Source: Lama glama (Eukaryota). From it: a stretch of DNA of 64,000 bases. Under the pieces are notes generated by a model. It was not told the DNA's origin. It saw only the letters and a program-made list of their open reading frames with translations, and ran no database searches. The stretch is from assembly GCA_028534125.1 (NCBI GenBank), contig CM052817.1:52764001-52828000 (forward strand), written 5' to 3'. Shown here piece after piece: positions 12,831 through 24,923 of this stretch (its first letter is position 1; every line of letters begins with the position of its first letter). The translations under genes and the position numbers were made by a program.

Positions 12831-13529
12831 CACCAGATGGCAGGTTATGCTTACTTCCCTGATGAGTAAGGCAGAGAAATTGGATGAAGTTTATGGCCCT
12901 TAAGTTTAAATACAAAGCAGAACAAACCAGTTTGGCAGCATTTTCACATTATCTTCATATTCCAGGATGTGGTGTACAACTCTGGAAAACAGATAATTCT
13001 AATTTCGTTTCCTCTGTAATCATGATCTCAAACTCTGTTACAGCCAGAGAAAGAAAGATGCTAGTTAAAGAAAACGAACAAAAAAGAAAGGAAGAAAAAG
13101 AAAGCACAGAGAGATAGAGGTAAAGAAAGAGAGAGAGCATTTAAGGTCTTGCCATGTCTATACTTGTCTCAAAGCCCCATCTCTACTTTTCTTGGGGTTT
13201 GGTGATTTAGTCAGTGAAGCTCCAGTACAGTTTAATTTAATTTGAATTGAGGTTTTGTTTTGTTTTGTTTTGCATTTACAAACAAAAGTAATTTACAAGT
13301 ATAGGCAAAAATAGGAAAGGAGAGTAGTGTCTAGGATCCACACAGCTGAGGATTTAAACATATAATGACATAACCATTACATGCAGTATTATACGTTCAT
13401 TTAGTCAAAAGTATTTTGACTAATATTGTTTTCAGTTATCAAAATGAAGTGGAGAATAATTTCAATGCACTTGCTATTCTCTATAACTGTTAGGTGAAAA
13501 CAAGGTTACCAGACAAATAATACACTAGT

Positions 13530-13785
13530 GGTAATAATGGCTAATATAGATTACTATTTGTCAGGCACTATTTTAAGAGTGTTCTGTGTTTTAATTAATT
13601 GAATCTTTAAAAAATTTTATGTGATTAATTATATTATTTTTCTACATTTTCCAGATGAGAATAATAAGGCACAATGACATTAAATAATTGTAAATCCCCA
13701 GGTTGCTAAGGAAGAAAGTAGCAGAGCTGATTTAGCACTCTCTAGCTCAAGAGCTCTTGATTCTAATCACTCTATTCTGCTACTT
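13530..13785 (-). mobile_element. MIR SINE
   Basis: Antisense core taataatggctaatat...gtcaggcactatttaag...cattttccagatgagaataataaggcac. Confidence 0.75.
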
Positions 13786-14435
13786 CTCATTGTGAATCAA
13801 TTCATCTTAAAAATAAAATGCACTTGTAAATGGATAGAAATAGGCCTGGGATTAGTATGCACTAAAATGTTAACACATTTTCTGGTTGTGGAATTATAAA
13901 TGATTATATTGTGAGTGTATATATGTGTGTGTGGCCACATTTTTCAAAATATGTTTAATAACATGACATTTTGGAAGTTAAAACTATTACAGTATAATTA
14001 TTTTTTTAAACATGTTTACTGAAAATGGTGTTATTACAATTGTCAACAGCTAATTATATCATGATGTCTCAAAAACATAGGTATGACAGAAAGAAATCAC
14101 CAAATGCTTTTAAAATTCTCTGGTAACGTTGAAAGGACCTAAGATTTTCATTAATATTTATGGACTCAATAAGTGTTTGTTAAATAATGAATGGGTAAAT
14201 AATTACCAAATGAAGAAAGCACTTTACTGTTGTATCATTATTTATAAACTCAAAGGGAAAAGAAAAAGAAAGAAAATTATCATTTCACTGATTATTTAGT
14301 AAATGTACAATGTGTAAAACAAAATATAGTTAGCATTTTCTGTGATTTTATGCATTTTTTTAATGTAGATAGTTTTGATTACTGATATCAGATCTTGTAG
14401 TAATCAAATAATATCCTCTGACTGTTCTTTCTTAC

Positions 14436-14471
14436 TTCTCTGAAAATTGGTATTTTGGAAAGAACATCAAA
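14436..14471 (-). pseudogene. Candidate exon (36 nt, phase 2-2, open): NLMFFPKYQFSE
   Basis: Acceptor ttttgtcttttataaag|, donor gaa|gtaaga. Confidence 0.5.
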
Positions 14472-14838
14472 CTTTATAAAAGACAAAATCAAAGGTTTGT
14501 ATTGAGCTTCAATTGCTTTGAAAATTTGAACCAGTACTTCTGAATCTCGGTTTTCCTGTCTTCATTGTTTTGCATTAAATGAGGTACATTTTGAAAACTA
14601 AAGCCCTAACATCTATATTACACTTAAATTTAAATTTTTGTTACTATTATTATAAAACTTTTTTAATAAAAGATTTTAGATTGACTACCATTATCTTTCT
14701 CTCATGTCATAAGATGCTCTAGGCTAAGGCCATTTTCTCTTATTCAAAGAGCAAATACTGAATAACTGCTGTTTTAGCCAAATTATTTTCTCATTAAAAA
14801 TATGTGTAATTTATATATGAAGGAATGAATTTTCTTAC

Positions 14839-14942
14839 TTATAACTTGCTATTAAATCAGATTTATTACAGTCAAATACACAGTTTTGTATTATTAATCT
14901 TCTATTGTTACAATTAACAAGTATAATGTATCTTTCAGAGTT
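14839..14942 (-). pseudogene. Candidate exon (104 nt, phase 0-2, open): NSERYIILVNCNNRRLIIQNCVFDCNKSDLIASY
   Basis: Acceptor aattttag|, donor taa|gtaaga. In frame with both neighbours. Confidence 0.55.
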
Positions 14943-15316
14943 CTAAAATTTTTAAATATTTATGAAAAGACTCAGTTGTGAAGATATTATACTTGATTAT
15001 TTCTATCAGGCAAAAATAGATATTCAGAATGTACATTGAATGATTGTAGTAATGATTTAAGTAAAATGGAAACTATTATTACAAATTATATCAAAATAGT
15101 CAACAAATGTACAGTGGGATAAAGGCTTGGGAAAGGAAACTTGTGGCTTAATCAATTATCCTTCCAGTTAAAAAGACTTGAACTCTTTAAATTGAATTTT
15201 TTTCTATCAATTATGCATATAATATCAAATAATAGTTATAATTCTTAATAATATTAGGAAATATAATTTATATAATTCATAGTAATACTAGTATCTTTGC
15301 TATTGAAAACACTTAC

Positions 15317-15642
15317 TTTCCTTCTTGGGAGTACTTCTACCAGACTGAGTCCATTCAACTAAATTAAGTTTAATTCACTTGTAATATTCTTGCCTCTAAA
15401 AATTCCTTTTAATATATTATACTCTGATTTCTCCTACTTGGAGATATTATGGATTTAATCTTGTAAATTTAAACTTGTAATTGCTATCAAGGTGCCCAGT
15501 CATATTTGAAATAGGCCATTTGAGAAATTTAGTATATAATTTATAACCATTAGTTTTTCAGAAACTTTGTAGTTCAGTGAAAAAAGTACAAAATTAGTAA
15601 AATATAGAAGAAGATTTATATTTTTGTTCTTTGTATGAGCAC
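15317..15642 (-). pseudogene. Candidate exon (326 nt, phase 1-0, 4 in-frame stops): AHTKNKNINLLLYFTNFVLFSLNYKVSEKLMVINYILNFSNGLFQI*...EKSEYNILKGIFRGKNITSELNLI*LNGLSLVEVLPRRK
   Basis: Acceptor tttctattgttcaccag|, consensus donor aaa|gtaagt. One continuous frame with no frameshift needed. Confidence 0.55.
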
Positions 15643-16107
15643 CTGGTGAACAATAGAAATGAATTTTCTCAAATATTTCACTTTTTTTGTTGTTCTTCTG
15701 ATGACACATAAAACATTTTGTGAGATAACTGGGTTAAGTTTGCTATTGAAACAGTGCTCCTCTTCAACTTGATGGTTTAATCTACCACAAGTCATTAAAT
15801 ATTTTCTAAATTAGCAATGAATTAGTCACTATAGCAGATATATTAAGAACTTCATGTGAAAAAAATGTGATCTTTTAAAACGTTATTTCCAGGTGCTAAA
15901 ATGAGATGTGTTTATATGCAATCCTAACTCTAGAAACCTCATTAAACTTACATTATAGCAAAACCTTAAAAAGTTTTTACTATTAAACTGTCCTCCATAA
16001 ATCAAACATTACATCAAAGGAGGCTAATAAATTATAAGGCAGAGATGGTTGTATGTCACTCTGCAAAAGAAAGACATCTTGAGGAAGTGTAATTGCCTCC
16101 CTTTAGA

Positions 16108-16340
16108 AAATAACAGCTAATTTTCATTGACTTATTATGTATCCTGGAGTTGTTTGAAGCTATTTACTTGGATTATTAACCCATTTATTCTTACAGTTCT
16201 ATGAATTAGTTGCTATTCTTATCTCATTTTACAGATGATGAAACTGGGGCTAGGAGAACTAGGTAAATTGCTCAAGTAGTATTTGTCAGGGCTATAATAT
16301 ACACAAAGATATTATCATTCCAAAACCTGTGGTTTTAAAG
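16108..16340 (-). mobile_element. MIR SINE
   Basis: Antisense core cattttacagatgatgaaactggggct...taaattgctcaag. Confidence 0.75.
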
Positions 16341-16649
16341 ACAGTGTTTTTCAAACCTCTTTAAATTATTGAAAACAAACATCCTTAGAAGGGATGATGA
16401 AATACCAGCACAAGCAAGAATCTCTGTAATCCTCCACTTTGATGAAAAAATCAGGGAAAGAAAGAAAACTTAAAGCATGTGGTTAGGAGACAGGACAGCA
16501 AAACAATAAAGCTAATAAGTCAATGAGGCTAATTTAGACAGGGTGGGCCTAAAATATATATCTCGGGCCCACATTCATACTCTGGCAACTACTGACACTG
16601 AGATGGAATTCATAATAAACTGACTGCTGCAAACTAGATTTACTCAAGC

Positions 16650-17090
16650 CTATTAGTTTCTTAGGACTGCCACAACAAAGTACCACAAAAAGGGCAGTTT
16701 AAAATGACAGAAATTTGTTTTCTCACAGTTCTAGAGGTTAGAAGTCCAAAATCAAAGTGACAACAAGTCCAGGCTCTTCCTGAAGGCTCTAGGGAGTCTG
16801 TTTCTTTGCTTCTTCCTAGTTCCTGATGGTTTCATGCAATCCTTGACATTTTTTGTTTTGCAGACACATCATTCTAATCTCTGCTTCCAAGGACACATGG
16901 TGTTCTTCCTGTCTTTGAATCTCTACATTTGTTTCTCATAAGGACACCAGTCATTAAATTCAAGTGCCCACCCTAATCCAGTATGACTTCACCTTAAGAT
17001 GACCCTATTTCCAAAGAAGGGAACATTCACAGATACCAGATGTTAGGACTTCAAACATATCTTTTGGTGAGATGTAAATCAACCTATAGC
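16650..17090 (-). mobile_element. MaLR solo LTR (MLT1B/C-like)
   Basis: tattagtttcttaggactgccacaacaaagtaccacaaa...ttctcacagttctagagg...ccctaatccagtatgac...gaccctatttccaaa. Confidence 0.85.
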
Positions 17091-17574
17091 TCCTTTTCTT
17101 CTGTCTAATGCATGGTAGGCAGATGTGAGAAAATAAGTTTTGCATTAATAAGGAATAAATAAATAGGCATAACTGAAAATACGGAGTATGTAAAGACCTA
17201 CAGCCATAGTGAATATGAGACAGATATTATGATATAATCTACATTCAGAGTATAGTTTAATTAAACTATAATGAACTGGGAGACTTATCCATTAATCATA
17301 TTTAAAATATCTCACTGCCGACCATGTGTAAACTAGTAGGACCTGCTGCCGAGTAGTCGGATTTGGCTAGAGGAAAATCACTCAGCTTGAGTCTTACCAC
17401 AAATTCTTGATCAGCAATCTAAAATGACTGTTAACAAGGCTTGGAATGTTAGTAAATTCTTCTAGTAAATGCATCTGTATGCTAACCAAGGAATTTAATG
17501 TCTCATCCAGTTCTTCAGATATCCTTTCTCGCCCTAAATTGGCTAATGATTTTCCCTCATAAATCATCACTATA

Positions 17575-18140
17575 GACCCTTTCCACAAATATATAGTAAT
17601 CCTTGGCTGCCTCTTCATATTTAAGAGTAAAGCACTTTAAAGCTGATCATAAATTCTGTGCTCATGGAAGGTACTAAGTGGTATGTTAGGATTACTGAGA
17701 TTTGACCAGGTCCAGTCATTTCACTGGGAAACTCTACAGTATTGCTGCTTATAGGTCTTTATTTTGAGCTAGTCGGATACCTCAGGAAAGAAGTTTTGAA
17801 CCTGCCCCCTGAGGAGTGTGGAGAAGCAGAAGCTATCAGCATTCTAGGCAGCATTCTTAGTGCTAGGTGAAGTTGGAGGACTCCCTTTTGGGAATCCATG
17901 CTTTTATATAATTCCTATTTTCTTACAGCATCCTAATCTACAGCTAGTCAGGCAGTGCCTAGATCTATGTACTCTCATGCACACATTTTCCAGACAATAT
18001 ATTTACTGTCTTTTGAGATTATGAAAAGTAATCAACTGTCTCAGTACAGGATGTGAAAGTGGATCTGTGTTTAAACTGTTTTTTTATGATTTTTAACAAA
18101 GCCCCACCCAAACTGTCATGATCAGGAGACCTAACATTGT
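17575..18140 (-). mobile_element. HAL1/L1ME-like fragment
   Basis: atccttggctgcctcttcatatttaagagtaaagcactttaaagctgat resembles the HAL1 consensus as I recall it. Confidence 0.45.
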
Positions 18141-18301
18141 AATTCTCTAACTTTCTACGGTAAATTAAGTTGCTTCTTGGTATCTAGATGTGCTGACCAC
18201 AATCTTTCAGCTTATGTCTAATACTTTTTACTGCTACTCGTCATTCAGGGATCTTTTTTTCTGATGCCTTTTCTATTTTCTTTGTCTTTGAACATTCATA
18301 C

Positions 18302-18344
18302 CTTTTTCTCCCTATAATGTCATTTACTTTTTGTTCAGAATGGA
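18302..18344 (-). pseudogene. Candidate exon (43 nt or longer): HSEQKVNDIIGRK
   Basis: Acceptor tttttgttcacccacag|, donor aag|gtatga. Phase does not match the next exon unless a downstream donor is used. Confidence 0.25.
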
Positions 18345-19187
18345 CTGTGGGTGAACAAAAATATTCAATCAGATATTATAACTGATTTTTGTGAATAATA
18401 AAGCAAAGCATAAAGTAATATAAAGCATAAGGTTCATAGGCTATTCAAATTTAGTTAAGATGAATTGTGAAACCCCCAATACTACAAGGAAATATATTGG
18501 AGATTTGAAAGACAATTTGGAAGACATTTCCTTATCTTGAATAGGGTTCTCTCAAAGTCCAAGGTTTTTTTTTTAATTTTAGAAGACTTAATTTCTAAAA
18601 ATGTTGACTTTGGAGTAATGAGATGCAAACATCATTTGATTATCCAACAAACCATTTGAAATGGCACTGTAAGGAGTAATTAGGTCTTGAGAGAAATTTG
18701 GTATTAAGTACATAAACAATGCAAAATCTAAATGTTAATTGTAATTATTTAGGATACTTCATACTTTTACAATTAAAATAAGATTGCTATAGAAACATAA
18801 GTACAAGGAATTTACTTTATTAAAAATAAAAATAAATTGTGATTCAGTGATCGCCTAAGTTTTATTGTTATATTATGTGCACTATTACACATTAATGCGT
18901 GGGTTTAGAAGTGTTCAAAGTTATAGCACATCATTTATAATATTGATAGTATGCTGCATCAAATTTCAGAAAGAATATTTTAATCTGACATACAACATAA
19001 CAGGTGGTAGATTATTTTCAGAATTGCTAGTAAACTGCTTACAGCAATACTCAAATTGATTCATTCATTGTAAGTTGAATTTATTACATCTGAAAGGCAA
19101 AACTATGCCTCAGTCCTCTTCAGTATGAACTTCACCATACTTTATGAAATTCATTGAATGTTTAAATGTATCGTCCAAAGAGGGAGA

Positions 19188-19646
19188 TGACAGTTTCTAG
19201 ATAATTGAAAAAATCAAACTATAGACCTCATATTTCCAGGTAAATTCTATTCCTCATGAATAAATCTTTATCTGAATAATTTTTTAAATTAAGATGTTTA
19301 ATTTTGATGTTTGCTGTCCAAGCCCCCGGAGAATTCCTCATGTATTGTAACGCAATTAAACATGAGCGTAACTGATCTTCAGCCTGGAGACTGCTTCCTG
19401 CTCCTATTCAGTATGAGAATTCTCCCTCATCTGGACATGCGTACCCACACATACCCTCTGACCTTGAACATATAAGACTGCACTTAAGTTCTCACCTCCC
19501 CAAGTCCTTTATGATCCAATATAAGCCCTTCATTCCAGCAGCCAGTAGAACAGTTCCCTTCCCAAGCTGCATCTTGAGTTTCAGTCCTTTGGGAATAAAG
19601 TTCAAACACATGTTGCAGTCTCATAACAAATGTTCCTTTCTAGAAC
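19188..19646 (+). mobile_element. ERV1-class LTR
   Basis: Purine tract AAAGAGGGAGA (19177-19187) followed by TG. TATA-like aatataag at ~19518, AATAAA at 19594, and a PBS immediately after. Confidence 0.6.
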
Positions 19647-19647
19647 T

Positions 19648-19665
19648 TGGTGCCAAGACTTGGAC
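19648..19665 (+). promoter_or_regulatory. Retroviral primer-binding site, tRNA-His-like
   Basis: TGGTGCCAAGACTTGGAC matches TGGTGCCGTGACTCGGAT at 14/18; two of the differences are CpG-decay type. Confidence 0.55.
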
Positions 19666-19869
19666 TGAGATGAAGACTATCTCCATGCCTGGATCAGGTT
19701 CCTAGTGAGGTTAGAGCACACCAGAGATTCCTTGCATTTTCCTATCTTGAGGAGCTGAGGCTGATTTAATACTGAATGCTTTTTGGATTTAATCTCCTAA
19801 ACTCTAGATTGCCTTAACTAATTTTAGCTGAGGTATCAGAACAATTCTTGATCTTGGAATAAGGACATA

Positions 19870-22800
19870 TTTTCTATTCGCAGTGCTAAACCTTTAACAA
19901 TTAGTAGAAAGCAGTTGTCTAAACTCCCTTAATACGCTCTAAAACAGTAAGAGAAAGAACTCTGTACAGAGAAGTTTGATCATAACTTATATAGGCCTTT
20001 TTTTCTAGTTAAGAAATCTCATGGGCAAGGCAATAATTTTGTTGAAGATCTTAAGGCCATAAATATGATTATTATATCTAATTTTCTGTTGGTTACCAAT
20101 CTAAATATTACTCTTGCCCATGTTTTTCAGATACTATTTATTTTACTGTTCTAGAACTCTATTCATCTTTATTTACTGTAGCCATATGTTAAAAAAATCA
20201 GTATTTATTTGTTTGCTTTCGGTTGAAAAAAATCAACAATATACTTGGATAGATATGTCACAGGGGTGTACTAAAGCACCTTCATGCTTTTCTCAGTGTC
20301 TGTATAAGTATTTGAACTATCTTTCATTCGAGATAGGCACCAGCTTTCTTAAAAAGTGGATGATTTAATTCTTTGTTCATCTGCTAAGGACATTTTAGTA
20401 GAAGAATCTCTTTATCTTAAAACTTGCTGAAAAGGGTCACTGTGTCTCCAAAGATAAATTACAAATTTGCTAATCTCCTGTCCATTGTCTGCTGTATGAC
20501 ATCTGCAAGGCAAGAAACAGTGAACTGACTATTTATAGGTCACTAAGAAATTTTCTTAGCCAACCTCCAAGAAAGAATCTGGGGAGTCTGGAGAATGATA
20601 GGATAGTGAAGAGTAGCAGAATATGCCACCTCCACACAGGCCACTTTGGCAGATTGAATATTCAGAGCTAAAGCCAATTGAGAAAAAGCAGATACAAGAA
20701 AAGCTCTCTGCCCTCCCCCTATTTGTGTAAAAGCAGGACATACATTTGTAAAGGTATGCTTCCTCCCCTCACTACCAGGAAGGACAGAAATTAATCAGCA
20801 GAGACAACTCTAGATTCTTATCGTCTCAGAGAAGGCACCAGAAAAATCTATGTAACAAATCTTACTGACCAGCCTTCGTTTTCTATCAGTTTCCCCCATG
20901 TAGTTTTCTCTTCCCACAATTTGCTACACTCAGAACTCAGTCTTTTTTCTTGTCTTTACTCTAAAATTTTATTGTTATTTTGCTAAAATGCTACATAAGC
21001 CCAAATTTTAACCAACTCTCTTGAGTTACTCACTCCTAAATGCTCCCATGTGTATGTATGATGCATACGTTAATAAACTTCCATTTGTTTTCCTCTTGTT
21101 AATCTGCCTTTTGTCAGTCTAACTGACAAAGCCTCCACCAGAAAACCTCGGAGGCTGGAGGAAAAAGGTTTTTTCCCTCTTCTACAATATAGTGATCAAC
21201 TGGTACCAATTTTTCTGAAATAGCCTTTCCAAATGTGAGACACTGGAAAAACAAAGTTTTTCATTATTTGCCATTCTGTGGCTTCCTGCTCATTATAAAT
21301 CCTGTCCTTTGTACATACAAATTTTGAATATGCTTTATTATTGTCCATTCACTAACAAAGTGACATCATAGACTTTAGCATATTAAAGTGTAATTTGGGA
21401 TTCTATATCCATGTCTTGCCTACTCTCTTTGGGCAGTAGCCATTTCTACATAGTAGAATTTTAGTCTGCCAATTTTATTCTGGGAAATGATTTAAATTTA
21501 TTATTGCCTTACCCTCTCCAAACTTTACTTCTGATAATATACAACCTCTTTTCTGCCAATTTGTTAACCTCATATGATTTAGAAGACTATCCCTTTCTTA
21601 CATAATTCTGCACTAATGCAACTGTTTAAATCTTGCCACATTAATGGATATTCCTGATGAAATAATACCTGATGACTGTCAGTTGTCTATTCATGAGCTC
21701 ACTTGCCTTAAACTGATATTTTAAAAGATGTTTGACAATTCATTTTGATTTTCTTTGTAGATGATTTTTATATTAAACAAGGAGGAATAATATCAGGCTA
21801 AATGCAGTATTACTGATTTCAATAGATTAAAAGATCCAATGGTCTCCTAGACATTAAATCAACATAAATGGCTGTGCTAATAGCTCTTACTGGAATATGT
21901 TAACTCTCCAAAGGGTCAACATCTACAGTGAGAATAGACATGCCTTTGGAGTGGTACATGATTTTGAGTTATAGAAGCAGAGAAGGTTTTTAACTACTAA
22001 TGGAAGTCCCTCACCCCTTAAGGATGGTATTTGGATTTAGGAATTGATTCATAATATAGCCCTTACTACTGGAAAAGTTGTGATTACAATAAATGTACAT
22101 ACCAAGAAACAAACATTGGAAGCCAGAGGAAATACTTTTGACTGACTACTATGCTAAACAGGGAACAGTAATCAAAATCGTTCAGTGCTACCCAAAGAAA
22201 TCCAAACCCATTTGCCCAGGCTTTTATGAACATCTAATAATGATCTTGAGTTGGAATAAGTTTAATAGTAACATTCAGAATGTTCTGAGAATTATGATTA
22301 TCCCTTAAGACACCAGAACGTCCAGAACTTGATCATCTCTGAAGAGACCAAATTACCTGAAGTAGAATTTGGCAAACTATTACATGCCATTATAGTGACG
22401 ATTACTTGAAAACTAACCTAAAACATCAATGGTGGGGAAATATCACATGAATATCTGAGGATATTTTGAGTACATTTCCTAGAGATGAAGATTATAATCC
22501 TGAAGGATATCTGGAAAGGTTGCTGCTTTACTTGGAGACAAGAACCTGAGCCTCAAAAGCTTTTTGAGATTTTGCATTTGGATTTATTTAATTTTGCTAT
22601 CCTAGAGATTCAGATATGTTCCAGTGATTGTAGGCTTATTATCTCAGGTGGAAATTTATATTTGAGTTCAAGGACTAAAGTGTTACTTTTAACTCTGATG
22701 GCTGTTGATCCCCTATACTTCCTGTATGTTACTGAGACACTCATGGGATTAAGAGCCAGTTTTATAATTCTTGAATCTAGCATCTTCCAAAAAGATATGG

Positions 22801-23075
22801 TCAGATATTGTAGAGGATAGAGGACTTATACAGTACTCATCTTTATAATCAATAGGTAAAATTTGAGATTCAAAAAAAGAGCCTCCTGAACATCTTCATG
22901 GGTTTTAGCCTGGATCCTGGATATTTCATTTAGTGGAAGCATCACCAGGAAGAAAATAAAACAATTTACCATAGATGAAAGGGACCATATCAGATTCTGG
23001 TAGCAACTAATACTACAGTACAGTAAAATTACAAGTTACTGATCTTTGCATTCATCATTCCCATGTCAAATGACA
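19870..23075 (+). mobile_element. pol: Degenerate ERV1 (gamma/epsilon-like) pol: RT, RNase H, integrase
   Basis: RT: LVKKSHG..FVEDLKAIN, QQYTWIDMSQG..APSCFSQ, VDDLILCS, AEKGHCVSKDKLQ. RNase H: AVLIALT, HAFGVVHDF. Integrase: FEILHLD and C-terminal KGPYQILVATNT...IHHSHVK. Many stops and frameshifts. Confidence 0.9.
20607..21186 (+). mobile_element. MER34-like solo LTR inserted into the ERV1 RT
   Basis: TGAAGAGTAGCAGAATATGCCACC...TTCTACA, AATAAA at 21072, flanks ATAG/ATAT (4-bp TSD with one mismatch). Confidence 0.85.
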
Positions 23076-23574
23076 ATATACCAATAAACTGAAGGAGGAT
23101 TTTAGGCAGCATACTTTTGTCCTCAGGCTTTCTCAAGCTATGCATTGCAGAAAGCATGTAAGGTGGACCAATTGGTTCAAAAACTGCCTGGGACTTTAGC
23201 TTAGGGAAAACTTAGAATTTTACAGACCTTAAAAGAAACTAACATGGGAGGTATTTGAAAGGAGAAAAGCAGTTGTTCAAAATACAGCAACATATTAGCA
23301 TCTGAAGGAAGTACCTACATATGAATATGGGAGGGAGGTTATACTTTTGCTCCCATAGATTTATCAGAAGTCTGTAATGTCACTACAAAAATAAGTCACT
23401 ACAGAGAAACTACAGCTGGAGATTTGGCTAATACACTATTCTCTGAATCCTCATCATGTGGCTGTAGATGGGATCATATTCCTGGTTGGATTTAGAAAAT
23501 GTCAGAGCTTGTTTCAGAGTAAATTTCAGAGTTTCATAGTAATTCATTTTCCTACTGTTCTTGCCATCACATTT

Positions 23575-23785
23575 ATCAATATAACTTCTCCAGGGGTTTA
23601 TGTGCTACTGCAAGTCTGCCTGTAACCCAGACACAAAAGGCTGAAGGAATGCTAATGGTCACTGTTGTACAAAAAGCCTCCCAAACTATCATAGGTCTGC
23701 AGTGTGTTCTTAAAGATCTGTAAGTGTGGGTTCTTAGACAAAAACTGGTCGTGTGTGATGGTATTTGTGATGTCAGAACACCTAA
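23575..23785 (+). mobile_element. env: Degenerate ERV env TM ectodomain remnant
   Basis: Frame reads ...QTIIGLQCVLKDL*VWVLRQKLVVCDGICDV, resembling the heptad / VLQNR.ALD / GG.C region, and it lies downstream of integrase. Confidence 0.45.
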
Positions 23786-24289
23786 AGAAATACCCATATA
23801 ACGTAACTGTTTTTTCCACTCAAGTAAAATATGAGCCTGGCTGACCTTTAGCCTCAGAGATCAACTGTGTCTTGCACATATGTAGTCTCACAATTAACCT
23901 CATATTTCTGCTCCCATATGATGAGAGTGAACTGTATGGGGAAGGAATAAGACTAGAGGAATAACATCATTGTGAAACACAGACTAAGATTCTGTTGTTT
24001 GTTGCGGCCATTCTAGCCATGTGGCAAGATCCAAAGTGGCTGTGCAGGATTTTGATTATTCTAATTGGGTAGAAAATGTCTCAATACTTTAAAACTTTAT
24101 AGTACTACATGTGAGTTAGAATTCATGGTTGTGAAATATTTGAATAGAAATATCTGGTAATTTAGGAAGTATATTGATGGTAAATATGCAACAATCATCC
24201 ATTTTAATTATGATTTAGGGGAAAGAAGTAAACTTTTATTGTTTTCATAAAATTGTCACTAAATATGATGAACTATTTTTTCAATAAGC

Positions 24290-24923
24290 TATGGTTAGTA
24301 GGTTAAATTCTTTGTTACCCCCACCCAATAATGTTGAGGTCCTAATGCCCAGTACTTCCAAATGTCACCTTATTTGGAAAGTGGATCTTTATAGAGTAAT
24401 TAGTTAAAATGAGGTCATTACAGTTGGCCCTAATCCAAAAATACTGTTATTCTTATAAAAAAGGGGGAATTTGGACAGAGATAAAGATATAAATAGAGGA
24501 AATATAATGTGAGGAAACACAGGAAGAATATTGTGATCTATAAGCCAAGGAGAGAGGCCTGAAACAGTTCCTAAATAACATAAATTTTGATATTGGAAAT
24601 TTTGGTGCTGCTGAAGGAAGTGGCTTTGGAATTAGGTAGGGATAGAGGCTGGAAGAGTTTTGAGGTGCATGATAGAAAAAAAACCCAGATTGCCTTGAAG
24701 AGACTGTTGGTAGAAAGGTAGATGTTAAAGGAGATTCTGGTGTGAAATCAGAAAGAAAAGAGAGCTGTAAAGAAAGTTTCTATCATCTTTGCGAATACAT
24801 ATATTGTCAAGAACAGAATATTGAGAGAAATATGAATGTTAAAGGTGTTTCCAGTGAGGTCTCAGGTGGAAATGTGAAATATCATTGGAAACTGGAGGAA
24901 AGGTGATCCTCATATCCTATAAA
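24290..24923 (+). mobile_element. MLT1B-like LTR (3'-deleted) plus start of the MLT1 internal region
   Basis: gaggtcctaatgcccagtac...ccttatttggaaa...ttaaaatgaggtcatta...ccctaatccaa; then gaagtggctttggaatt...gaggctggaagagttttgagg...ggaaactggaggaaaggtgatcc. Confidence 0.85.

Noticed and set aside
17398..17535. Open minus-strand segment ending in tg|gtaaga (part of ORF 17394..17618)
   Set aside because: The acceptor is weak, the phase does not fit the 15642 exon, and it abuts a HAL1-like repeat. It may be transposon-derived.
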